Of a stretch of 64,000 nt of DNA, positions 54,441 to 63,371 are shown one piece after another. Origin of the DNA: Polyangiales bacterium (GTDB lineage: Bacteria; Myxococcota_A; Polyangia; Polyangiales; Ga0077539). The DNA is taken from contig JAWKRC010000007.1 in assembly GCA_041389825.1 (NCBI GenBank), forward strand, positions 125,093 to 189,092, given 5' to 3'. Numbering within the stretch: the first letter of the stretch is position 1; every line of letters starts with the position of its first letter. The notes under the pieces are model-generated. The model had not been told where the DNA came from. It searched no databases and saw nothing but the letters and a program-made list of their open reading frames with translations. Both the position numbers and the translations under genes were made by a program.

Positions 54441-56084
54441 ATGGCGAGGACGGGATTCCACTCGCGGTTCACCTTCGGCGAGCGGGGGATGTCCCCCGTC
54501 GGTCGAGTGACCCTGACCACCTTCGTGCTGGCCTTCGGCCTGCTGCTCACGGGCGCGGGCCTGCTCTTCGGCGCGCGCGCGGTGCAGTCCGCCCTCGACC
54601 CCACCGACGCGCTCTACCGCGTCGCGCGGCCCGCGCCGGCCGACGGCCCCGTGGTCCGCGGGCCGGTCACGGTCACCGCCGACACCGCGCCGCGCGCGTT
54701 GTGCCACGTGCAGCACCAGCACTACGTCTCGGGCAAGAACGGCGGGTGGCGCACCGACTGGCGCGGCAACGTCTTCCGCGGCGCCTCGGTGGAGCACCGC
54801 GGGCGCACGTACAGCCTCGAGGTCGACGGCTACCTCACCGCGTTCGAGCCGTCGCGCACGCGCGTCGCGCCCGACGGGCTGCGGCTGTGGACGCCGCGCT
54901 TCCGCTCACTCCCCGGGGGAGGCCGCGTGGTGGAGCAGTGCCTCAGCCCCGGCGAGCGCGTGTTCATCGAGGCGTGCCGACAGCCGGGCCGACCGTGGGT
55001 GCTCAGCGACTGCCCCGACTACCCGATGCGCCTCACGCAAGGCGACAACGGCTCGGGCCAGCCTCGCGTCGACGCCCGCGCCAACGCGCTCGCCGCGCAG
55101 GTGTCGGGGGGCGCGCTCGGGGTGCTCGCGCTGCTCCTGTGGGCGTGGTTCCTCGTGCGGTCGCGGCCCCTGTCCGAGGCGCTCCGCCGGCGCGCGGGCG
55201 TGCGGAAGGCGAAGTTCCCCGCGGCGGTGGTCGCCGGCGCCGTGAGCGCGCCGATCTGCTTCGCGGTCGCGCAGGGCATCGTCGTGGGCGGCGTCGACCG
55301 CGAGAGCGCGTGGGACTACTTCCAGGGCGGGTACACCTTCGGCGTCGCGGTGGTCTCCTTCGCGCTCGCGCTCGCGTACCTCGTCTACGCGCGGCGGCGC
55401 GCGCTCGACGAGGCGATCCGCCCCGTGGTCGACGCGCCGACGGTGCGCGTGTGCGACGCGCGCGGCGGCGTGGTCGAGCTCGCCGTCACCGTCCCGCCCG
55501 ACGCGCCCACCGTGGTCGGGCCCGTGAGCGGCAGGCCCCACGCGTGGGTGCGCGTCGTCGTCGACGAGGTCGTGCAGCACGGCAAGCAGATGCTCACGCA
55601 GCGCGCCGCGGCGTGGTCGTCGGCGCCGAGCGTGCCGGTGCGCGACGCGTCGGGGGTCGGCGCGCTCGAGATGAACCACGCCGAGCTCGACCTGCGCGCG
55701 CGGGTCGTGACGGTGAAGCACGGGAGCAAGCCCGAGCTCCTCGCGGCCGTGGCGCGCGTGACGGGGGCGCGGCTCCACCCGGCGTCTACACACCTGCGCT
55801 GGATCATCGAAGAGGGCTTCGTCGACCCCGGCGAGTCGCTCTACGCGCTCGGCGACTGCCGCCGCGTCGAGGACCCGAAGGCCGCGGCCTCGTACCGCGC
55901 CGACGCGACGCTCCCGGTGGTGGGCGGCCAGCGCGGCGCCGAGCTCGTCGTGCACGCCGGCGACGAGCGCTCGCTCCTCTCGTCGCTGCGCAGGGAGCGC
56001 GTGCTCCTCGACCTCGTGGGCGCGGCCTTCGTCGGGCTCGCGGCGTCGCTCGCCGCCGTGCTCGCCGCCCTCGCCTCGCGCTGA
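54441..56084 (+). CDS. hypothetical membrane protein
   Basis: 547 aa from internal ATG (MARTGFHSRF...). One N-terminal TM, a central cluster of TM helices, and a C-terminal TM. Confidence 0.5.
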   Translation: MARTGFHSRFTFGERGMSPVGRVTLTTFVLAFGLLLTGAGLLFGARAVQSALDPTDALYRVARPAPADGPVVRGPVTVTADTAPRALCHVQHQHYVSGKNGGWRTDWRGNVFRGASVEHRGRTYSLEVDGYLTAFEPSRTRVAPDGLRLWTPRFRSLPGGGRVVEQCLSPGERVFIEACRQPGRPWVLSDCPDYPMRLTQGDNGSGQPRVDARANALAAQVSGGALGVLALLLWAWFLVRSRPLSEALRRRAGVRKAKFPAAVVAGAVSAPICFAVAQGIVVGGVDRESAWDYFQGGYTFGVAVVSFALALAYLVYARRRALDEAIRPVVDAPTVRVCDARGGVVELAVTVPPDAPTVVGPVSGRPHAWVRVVVDEVVQHGKQMLTQRAAAWSSAPSVPVRDASGVGALEMNHAELDLRARVVTVKHGSKPELLAAVARVTGARLHPASTHLRWIIEEGFVDPGESLYALGDCRRVEDPKAAASYRADATLPVVGGQRGAELVVHAGDERSLLSSLRRERVLLDLVGAAFVGLAASLAAVLAALASR

Positions 56085-56088
56085 GCGC

Positions 56089-56943
56089 TCAGCCCGCCCG
56101 CAGCGACACCCAACGGAACCACCGCATCCGCGCGTGCGTCTTCGCCGCGAGCGCCGCGAGCCGCGCCGCGCACAGGAACACCACGGCCGTCGTCGTCTCG
56201 TTGCGCCCCACCAGCAGCCCGAGCGCCGTCGCCAGCGCGGGCCCCGCGGCCCCCCCGGCCGCGAAGAGCGCCGCCGCCGCCGCGGTCTGCAAGGGCCTGC
56301 GCGCCATGGCCGACCCGGCCTTGATCGCGGCGCGGTGCGCGGTCATGCCCTGGGCGACGGCGAGGGTGCGGGCCACGTCGTGCCACACCGACGCGAGCAC
56401 CGCGAGGAGCGCCGCGGGGAGCATCGCCGCGAGCGCGCGCGCGTGCGCCGACGCGCCGCTCACCGTGGCGTTCGCGGGGTCGAGCGCCCAGCGCCACGAC
56501 TGCCACGCGAGCGCGGCCGAGACCGCGAAGGCCCCGCCCGCCACCGCCGCGAGCGCGAGGAGCGTGGGCGCGCGGCGGAGCGACTCGGCCGCGGCGCGGT
56601 AGAGCCGCGGGGGTCGGGCCCCCATCGCGAGCGCGGGGAGCACGCCGCCGAAGAGCGACCACGCGAGCGCGTACGCGAGAACCAGGGCGAGCAGGGAGAC
56701 CGCGGCGACGTCGACGACGCCGCCGTGGAGGCGCGCGAGGTCGAGGAGGTAGCGGCCGTCGTCGAGCCAGAGCGCGCCCGCGCCCGCGGGGTGGCGCGCG
56801 AGCGTGGCGCGCACCGGGCCGAGCGCGACGGCGGCGAAGGCGAAGGACACCATCGCGTGCAGGGCGGTGATGGCCGCGAGCGCCGGGCCGCGGCCCTCGA
56901 GCGCGAGCACCCACGGGGCGCGGTCGCGACCCGCGCCGATCAC
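56089..56943 (-). CDS. hypothetical polytopic membrane protein
   Basis: GTG start overlaps the stop of the upstream M1 peptidase reading (GTGA). About 8 hydrophobic helices. The N-terminal 195 codons of the called ORF are artefact. Confidence 0.5.
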   Translation of the reverse strand: MIGAGRDRAPWVLALEGRGPALAAITALHAMVSFAFAAVALGPVRATLARHPAGAGALWLDDGRYLLDLARLHGGVVDVAAVSLLALVLAYALAWSLFGGVLPALAMGARPPRLYRAAAESLRRAPTLLALAAVAGGAFAVSAALAWQSWRWALDPANATVSGASAHARALAAMLPAALLAVLASVWHDVARTLAVAQGMTAHRAAIKAGSAMARRPLQTAAAAALFAAGGAAGPALATALGLLVGRNETTTAVVFLCAARLAALAAKTHARMRWFRWVSLRAG

Positions 56944-58846
56944 GGCCCCACGCTCGCGAGCACGAGGGCGACCCACCACGCGACGCGCGCCGTCAGCGAC
57001 GCGGTGTGGCCCGCGGGCTCGACGGTGCGGACGTCGTTGGTGCGGTCGGCGTCGACCTCGATGCGGCGGTCGGGGTCGAGCCGCACCACGCGCAGGGGAG
57101 CGTCGCCCGCGTAGGGGATGGTGAGCGAGGGCGAGGCGCTGTCCCAGGTGACGCGGCGCCGGCGGCCGCGGGAGTCTTCGAGCTCCACCGAGGTGGGGAG
57201 CTGGAAGGGGCCTTGCCGCTGCACCACCACGCGGCCCACCCACCGGTCGCGCTCGCGCCAGCAGTCGGCGACGGTGACGCGCTGGTCGAAGGTCCACGCG
57301 GTCTCGAGGGCGGGTCGCACGAAGCCGTCGACGAGGCGCGCGTCGAGGTTCGCGCGCAGCGCGCGGTAGAAGTCGTTGGGCGTCGGGTGCGTGAAGCGCG
57401 CGGCGTCGGCGTAGGCGCGCATCGCCGCGGCCCACGGGCCTCGCCCGCGAGGCGCTCGGCCGTGCGCAGCACCGCGGTGGTGCGGGCGTAGACGTGCGTC
57501 GCGTAGCTGCCCCACGTGGGGAACTCACCCGCGCCGAGGTCGACCGGGAGCGGCGCGCGCACGCCCCCGCTCGCGTGGCCCTCCTGCGCCCAGACGCCCA
57601 CGCCCGGCACGAGCCCGCGCGTCGCGTAGAGCGGCGCCGACGGGCCGTAGAGGTCGGCCATCACCCTCCCCGTGGCCCACTCGCACAGGCCCTCGTCGAG
57701 GAAGGGGTGGCGGTGCTCGTCGCTCGCGAGGAGCCCGTAGAAGTACTGGTGCCCGAACTCGTGCACCGTGACGTACTCCGTGAAGCGCGTGAGCGAGAGC
57801 GCGCGCCCCGCGGGGGAGTAGGGCTCGGCGTCGACGGTGATGAGCGTGGGGTACTCCATCCCGCCGGCCTCGTCGGCGCCGCGCGGGGGGATCACCGCCG
57901 TCAGCACGGGGTAGGGGTACGGCCCGAAGCGGCGCGCGAAGGCGGGCATCGCCGCGGAGAGCACGCGCGAGACGCGCTCGGCCGCCGCGCCGTCGCCGGG
58001 AGGGTGCAGCACGCGGAGCGAGACGTGGCCCACGCGCGACGCGTGCTCGACGAAGCGGGGCCAGGCCGTGAAGGCGAAGTCGTGCACGCCCTCGATGGCG
58101 AAGCGGTGCACGGTGACGGACCCGCGCGCGACGGGGGCTGACGCGACGCCCGTGGCGCCCACGACCCACCCGCGGGGCACCGTCACGCGGACGTCGTAGC
58201 GGCCGAAGTCGCTGTAGAACTCGCTGTTGGCGTGAAAGGGAAAGGTCGCCCAGCGCCCGTCGCGCTCCCGCACCGCGACCTTCGGGAACCACTGCGCCAC
58301 CATGTGGAAATCGCCGCTGTAGCCCGTGCGCGCGATCACCTCGGGCAGCGTCGCGTCCCAGCGCGCGCGCAGGCGCACGGTCTCTCCAGGGGCCACCGGG
58401 CGCGGCAGCGCCACGCGGAGCTGCGTCGCGTCGTCGGGGTAGAGGGGGTCGCCGACGCTCCCCGCGAGCAGGTCTTCGCCCGACTCGAGCCGGAGCTCCC
58501 GCAGGTCGATGCGGCCCGGGTGCGCGACCGCCGCGTGCGTGGCGCGCGAGCGCATGAACACCGACCGCTGGTCGCGGAAGGCGTTGAGGTAGAGGTGCAG
58601 CCACAGCGAGGTCGCCGGGGTCGCCGAGCGGTTCGTCCACGCGATGACGCCCGTGGCGCGCACCGCGTGGTGGGCCGCGTCGAGGGTCGCGTCGATGTCG
58701 TAGCTCGCCGTCTCGACGGGCTGCGCGCGCGCCGAGCCCGCCGCGGCCGTCACCGCGATCGCGCACGCGACCGCGGCGCCTCGTGGGCCGCGCCTCGACG
58801 CGCTCGCGCCGGGCCGCGCGACGGTGGCCTCACAGCCCGCGAACAT
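56940..58846 (-). pseudogene. M1-family (aminopeptidase N-like) zinc metallopeptidase with signal peptide, frameshifted near 57.45 kb
   Basis: Start at MFAGCEATVARPG... (signal AVACAIAVTAAAGSARAQP). HEFGHQYF zinc motif with the downstream E (LDEGLCEW). Reading breaks after ...TAVLRTAERLAG, and the C-terminal domain continues in the frame of ORF 56940..57515. Confidence 0.6.
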
Positions 58847-58970
58847 GGCCCCGTGTCTATCACACCTGCCCCTGCGACCTGCACACCGCGACGAGGGCAG
58901 ACGTCTCGCCGCGCGAACGGATATCCTGCGGCGCGCGCCCCCGCAGGGCGCAGGAGGTCCGAGGCCGCCC

Positions 58971-61900
58971 ATGCAACGCCGTCCCCTCGCCGCGCTCATC
59001 ACCGCGCTCGCCCTGGCCGCCTGCTCGGGCGGGTCTGAGATCCCCGCGACGCGAGACGCCGCCGCGACCGACATCGCGACCGACATCGCCGCCGACATCT
59101 CCCCCGACGTCACCCCCGACGCGGGCGGGTGCCGGGCCGACGACGACTGCGCCTCAGACCCGTCGGGCGCGCGCGCCTGCGACACCGCCACCGGCCGCTG
59201 CGTCGCGTGCGTTCCCGAGCGAGACACCTGCCCCGCCGACCAGCACTGCGTCGCCGCGACCCACGCCTGCTCCCCGGGGTGCCGCAGCGACGAGGGGTGC
59301 TCCACCGCGACCACGGGCGACGCCGGCGCGCCCGACGGCGGCGTCGTCTCGAACGGCCGCTGCGACACCGCCGCGCACGCCTGCGTCGACTGCGTGACCG
59401 ACGACCACTGCCCGCCGGGCCTCCTCTGCGTGGGCCACGCGTGCGTCGTGGGCTGCACCGCGACCTCGCGCTGCCCCGACGGGCAGACCTGCTGCCCGGG
59501 CGCCTCGGGCGCCATGGGCGCGTGCGTCGACCTCTCGGCGAACGCCGCCTCGTGCGGCGCGTGCGGCGCCGCGTGCTCGACCCCCAACGGGGTGCCCGCG
59601 TGCGAGCGCGGCGCGTGCGCGACGGGGCGCTGCACCGCGCCCTTCGCCGACTGCGACGGCGACGTCGCCAACGGCTGCGAGACCGACACGCTCACCGCGG
59701 TCGCGCACTGCGGCGCCTGCGGCGTCGCGTGCCCCGCGCGCGCCAACGCCACCGCGACCTGCTCGGGCTCGTCGTGCGGATTCACCTGCGACGCGGGCTT
59801 CGCCGACTGCGACGGCGACCCCGAGAACGGCTGCGAGGTCGACACGCGCACGTCGCTCCTGCACTGCGGCGCGTGCCGCGCGGCCTGCGAGGTCGCCAAC
59901 GGCACGGGGGCCTGCGCGGCGGGCGCGTGCACCGTCTCGGCGTGCAACGAGGGCTTCGGCGACTGCAACGGCGCCGTGGCCGACGGGTGCGAGACCGACA
60001 CCCGGGTCACGCCCGCGCACTGCGGCGCGTGCGGCACGGCCTGCGCGATCCCGGCGAACGCGTCGCCCGTGTGCGCGGCCTCGACCTGCGGCCTCGGCGC
60101 GTGCGACGCGGGCTTCGCCGACTGCGACATGAACCCGGCGAACGGATGCGAGGTCGACACCCGCACGACCCTCGCGAACTGCGGCGCCTGCGGCGCGGCC
60201 TGCGCGCCCTCGAACGCCACGGGCGCGTGCGTCGCCGGCGCCTGCCGCGTCGCCGCCTGCGCCGACGGCTTCGCCGACTGCGACATGGACCCGGCGAACG
60301 GATGCGAGGTCGACATCCGCGTGGCCGTGGGCGACTGCGGCCGCTGCGGAAACGCCTGCCCCACGCCCCCGTCGGGCACGCCCGCCTGCGTGGCGCGCGC
60401 CTGCGGCGTGGGGATGTGCGCCGCGGGGCGCGGCAACTGCGACGGCAGCGACGCGAACGGGTGCGAGACCGAGACCGTGACCAACGTCTCGAACTGCGGC
60501 GGCTGCGGCAACCGCTGCACCGCGCCGCCCAACGGCGCGGCCGCGTGCGTGGCGAGCGCGTGCACCCTCGGGGCCTGCAGCGCGGGCTTCGCCAACTGCG
60601 ACGGCTCGGCGTCGAACGGGTGCGAGGTCGACACCGACAACGACGCGGCGAACTGCGGCGGGTGCGGCACGGCCTGCTCCTTCGCGAACGCGACGCCGCG
60701 CTGCGCCGCGGGCCGCTGCGCGCTCGGCGCGTGCGGGTCGGGCTTCGACAACTGCGACGGGGCGAGCGCGAACGGGTGCGAGACCTCGCTCAACACCGAC
60801 CCCGACAACTGCGGGGCGTGCGGGGCGCAGTGCTCCTTCGCGAACGCGGCGGCGCGGTGCGTGGGCGGCGCGTGCGCGCTGGGCGCCTGCGCGGCGGGCT
60901 ACGGCAACTGCGACGGGAGCACGGCGAACGGCTGCGAGTCGGACCTCAACTCCGACCCGCTCGACTGCGGCGCGTGCGGCCGCGCGTGCGCGGCGGGGTC
61001 GACCTGCGAGGCGGGGCTGTGCCAGTTCGCGGGCGGCACCACCACCCTCACGGTGGGGAGCGGGACGCAGACGGTGAACACCGTGCGCGCGTCGGTGAAC
61101 TCCACGTCGGGGAGCCCGACGATCACCGTGTCGAACGTGCAGGGCACCTTCGCGCCGGGGCAGCGGGTGCTGCTGCACCAGACGATCTCGACCACGTCGG
61201 CGATCGTCGCGGGCACCTACGAGTACCGGCAGGTCACGCTGGTGAACGGGACGACGCTGACCCTCGACCGGGCGCCGTCGGCGGTCTACCGCACGAACTC
61301 CACCGACCGCGCGCAGGTCGTCGTGGTCGAGCGCTACGCGGCGGTGAACGTGGCCGCGGGGGCGACGCTCACCGCGCCGGCGTGGGACGGCAACGTCGGC
61401 GGCGTCCTCGCGGTGGACGTGGCCGGGGCCTTCGTGAACGCGGGCACCGTCACGATGAGCGGCCGGGGTCTGCGGGGCCGCGGACACGCGTGCACGTACC
61501 AGTGCGCGCGCGGCTACCAGGGAGAGGGCTCGTCGGGCTTCGGCGGGGCTGACATCACGCGCAACGGCAACGCGGGCGGCGGCGGCGGCGCGGGGCAGGA
61601 CGACGGCGCGGGTGGCGGCGGCGGCCACGGCACCGCGGGCGGCAACGGCGGCGCGGGCACCTGCGGCATCTGCCGCGAGGCCTGCCCCGTGCCGGGCGGG
61701 CTGGGCGGCGCGGTGGCGGGCACGCCGTCGCTCGCGTCGCTCGCGCTCATGGGCGGCGCGGGCGGCGAGGGCGGCGCCGACGAAGACGGCGGCAACCCCG
61801 GGATCGGCGGCGCGGGCGGGGGAATCATCCTCCTGCGCGTCACCACCCTCTCGAACACGGGCGCGATCTCGACCGACGGCGCGGGCGGCGCGGGCGGCAA

Positions 61901-62138
61901 CCAGTCCGCCTGCGGCGGCGGCGGCTGCGGCATGGGCGGCGGCGGCGGCGGCGCGGGCGGCGGCGTGCGCGTCGTGGCGATCACCTCGGCGACGCTAGGC
62001 ACCCTCGTGGCGCGCGGCGGCGGCGGCGGCGGATCGACCTGCGGCACGAGCGTCGGAGGCGCGGGCGGCGTCGGTCGGGTGAGCGTGTTCACCCCGTCGG
62101 TGTCGGGCGCGAGCACGCCGACCTTCTTCAGGGAGTGA
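58971..62138 (+). CDS. large secreted lipoprotein: ~12 tandem ~42-aa Cys-rich repeats followed by a Gly-rich (putative beta-helix) C-terminal domain
   Basis: Start MQRRPLAALITALALAACSGG (lipobox). Repeats have the form HCGACGxAC-x-N(A/G)(T/S)xxC-xxGxCxxxxC-xxGFADCDG-xxxNGCE(V/T)DTxT. The C-terminal ~300 aa is Gly-rich (GGAGGGGGHGTAGGNGGAG...GGGGGGAGGGVRVV). Confidence 0.75.
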   Translation: MQRRPLAALITALALAACSGGSEIPATRDAAATDIATDIAADISPDVTPDAGGCRADDDCASDPSGARACDTATGRCVACVPERDTCPADQHCVAATHACSPGCRSDEGCSTATTGDAGAPDGGVVSNGRCDTAAHACVDCVTDDHCPPGLLCVGHACVVGCTATSRCPDGQTCCPGASGAMGACVDLSANAASCGACGAACSTPNGVPACERGACATGRCTAPFADCDGDVANGCETDTLTAVAHCGACGVACPARANATATCSGSSCGFTCDAGFADCDGDPENGCEVDTRTSLLHCGACRAACEVANGTGACAAGACTVSACNEGFGDCNGAVADGCETDTRVTPAHCGACGTACAIPANASPVCAASTCGLGACDAGFADCDMNPANGCEVDTRTTLANCGACGAACAPSNATGACVAGACRVAACADGFADCDMDPANGCEVDIRVAVGDCGRCGNACPTPPSGTPACVARACGVGMCAAGRGNCDGSDANGCETETVTNVSNCGGCGNRCTAPPNGAAACVASACTLGACSAGFANCDGSASNGCEVDTDNDAANCGGCGTACSFANATPRCAAGRCALGACGSGFDNCDGASANGCETSLNTDPDNCGACGAQCSFANAAARCVGGACALGACAAGYGNCDGSTANGCESDLNSDPLDCGACGRACAAGSTCEAGLCQFAGGTTTLTVGSGTQTVNTVRASVNSTSGSPTITVSNVQGTFAPGQRVLLHQTISTTSAIVAGTYEYRQVTLVNGTTLTLDRAPSAVYRTNSTDRAQVVVVERYAAVNVAAGATLTAPAWDGNVGGVLAVDVAGAFVNAGTVTMSGRGLRGRGHACTYQCARGYQGEGSSGFGGADITRNGNAGGGGGAGQDDGAGGGGGHGTAGGNGGAGTCGICREACPVPGGLGGAVAGTPSLASLALMGGAGGEGGADEDGGNPGIGGAGGGIILLRVTTLSNTGAISTDGAGGAGGNQSACGGGGCGMGGGGGGAGGGVRVVAITSATLGTLVARGGGGGGSTCGTSVGGAGGVGRVSVFTPSVSGASTPTFFRE
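59500..61010 (+). repeat. tandem coding repeats (~126 nt, ~12 copies) inside the Cys-rich lipoprotein gene
   Basis: Periodic recurrence of ctgcggcgcgtgcggc...ggcttcgccgactgcgacgg...aacgg(c/a)tgcgag(g/a)tcgacac units in the nucleotide sequence. Confidence 0.6.
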
Positions 62139-62181
62139 CCGGAGAGACGCGTCGGGGCCTCGTGGAGGGGCCCCGACGCGG

Positions 62182-63336
62182 TCAGCGCTCGTTGCCGAAG
62201 GGGTCGGCGTAGCGCGGGTCGGTGAGGAACACCGGGTCGGTGAGCGACTCGAGGAAGGCGATGAGGTCGGCGCGCTCGTCGTTGGTGAGCGCGAAGCCGC
62301 GCACGAAGCCCGACTTGAAGGGGTTGGCCGAGCCGACCCCGGCGTTAGGGCCCGAGGTGATGGTGCGGCCGCCCGCGGAGTAGTGGTCGATCACGCCGTC
62401 GAGGGTCGCGATGGAGCCGTCGTGCATGTAGGGCGCGGTGACGGCGATGTTGCGGAGCGTGGGCGCGCGGAAGCGGCCCATGTCTTCGGCGACGCCGGTC
62501 TGCATGTGGAGCCCGGTGTCTCCCGCCGGGTACGCGCCGCGGCCGTCGACGTTGTAGAGGCCGGTGTTGTGGAAGGCCGTCTCGTCGAAGGCCGAGCGCG
62601 CGTGGACCACGGAGTCGGTGAGGTTGAAGCCGCCGTGGCAGTGGAAGCACTCCAGGGTCTCGGAGTTGAAGAGCGCGAAGCCGCGGAGGGCGGAGGCGGA
62701 CATCGCCGAGGCGTCGCCGCGCTGGTAGCGGTCGAAGGGTGAGTTCGCCGAGAGGAGCGAGCGCTCGAAGGCGCCGATGGCGCGCGTCACGTTGTCGACC
62801 GTGAAGGGCTCGGCCTGACCCGGGAACGCGCGGGGGAAGAGGTCGCGGTAGCGCGCGTCGGCGCGGAGCCGGTCGAGCATCACGGACTCCATCCCCGCGA
62901 GGCCGAGCTCGACGGGTCGCTCGCCGAACATGGGCAGGAGCGCCTGCTGCGGGAGCCTGCGCTGGATGGTGCTCGCCCAGGTGAGGGCGGAGCTGTAGCC
63001 CGCGTTGGCGAGGCTCATCGACGCGCGGAAATGGTGCTCGCCGGTGGAGCCCAGGGCCGTCGCGCGGCCGTCGGTGAAGGCGAGGCTCTGCCGGTGGCAC
63101 GAGCCGCAGGAGGTGGTCTCGTTGCCCGAGAGGCGTCGGTCGTAGAAGAGCCAGCGGCCGAGGCGGGCCTTGTCGACGCTCCAGGGGTCGTCAGCGGGCA
63201 CGCGCTGCGCGGGGAAGTTCGGCGGCGGCGTGATGCTGAGCTCGGGCTCGGTCCAGATCGATGACGGGTCGGGGTCGCCGCCGCAGCCCGCGACGGCGAG
63301 CGCGACGGCGGCGATGCAGGCGCGGAGGGGGTTCAT
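62182..63336 (-). CDS. di-haem cytochrome c peroxidase family enzyme (MbnH/MauG-like), lipoprotein
   Basis: Start at MNPLRACIAAVALAVAGCGG. Two haem-binding CxxCH motifs (CGSCH and CFHCH) with typical CCP spacing. Confidence 0.75.
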   Translation of the reverse strand: MNPLRACIAAVALAVAGCGGDPDPSSIWTEPELSITPPPNFPAQRVPADDPWSVDKARLGRWLFYDRRLSGNETTSCGSCHRQSLAFTDGRATALGSTGEHHFRASMSLANAGYSSALTWASTIQRRLPQQALLPMFGERPVELGLAGMESVMLDRLRADARYRDLFPRAFPGQAEPFTVDNVTRAIGAFERSLLSANSPFDRYQRGDASAMSASALRGFALFNSETLECFHCHGGFNLTDSVVHARSAFDETAFHNTGLYNVDGRGAYPAGDTGLHMQTGVAEDMGRFRAPTLRNIAVTAPYMHDGSIATLDGVIDHYSAGGRTITSGPNAGVGSANPFKSGFVRGFALTNDERADLIAFLESLTDPVFLTDPRYADPFGNER

Positions 63337-63371
63337 CGGTGGGGCTCCCGCGGGGCCTCGCGCGAGGCGGG

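Noticed and set aside
56993-60808. 1271-aa - strand ORF with striking SHPF/SQSAKP repeats
   Set aside because: Its first ~650 codons are the antisense of the tandem Cys-rich repeats of the + strand lipoprotein gene, which explains the periodicity. Only the distal part (from MFAGCE, 58846 downward) is a real gene, the M1 peptidase.
59500-61010. Regularly spaced direct repeats (possible CRISPR array)
   Set aside because: The period is ~126 nt with variable sequence throughout, no short invariant repeat or unique spacer structure, a continuous ORF and strong codon bias. These are coding tandem repeats, not CRISPR.
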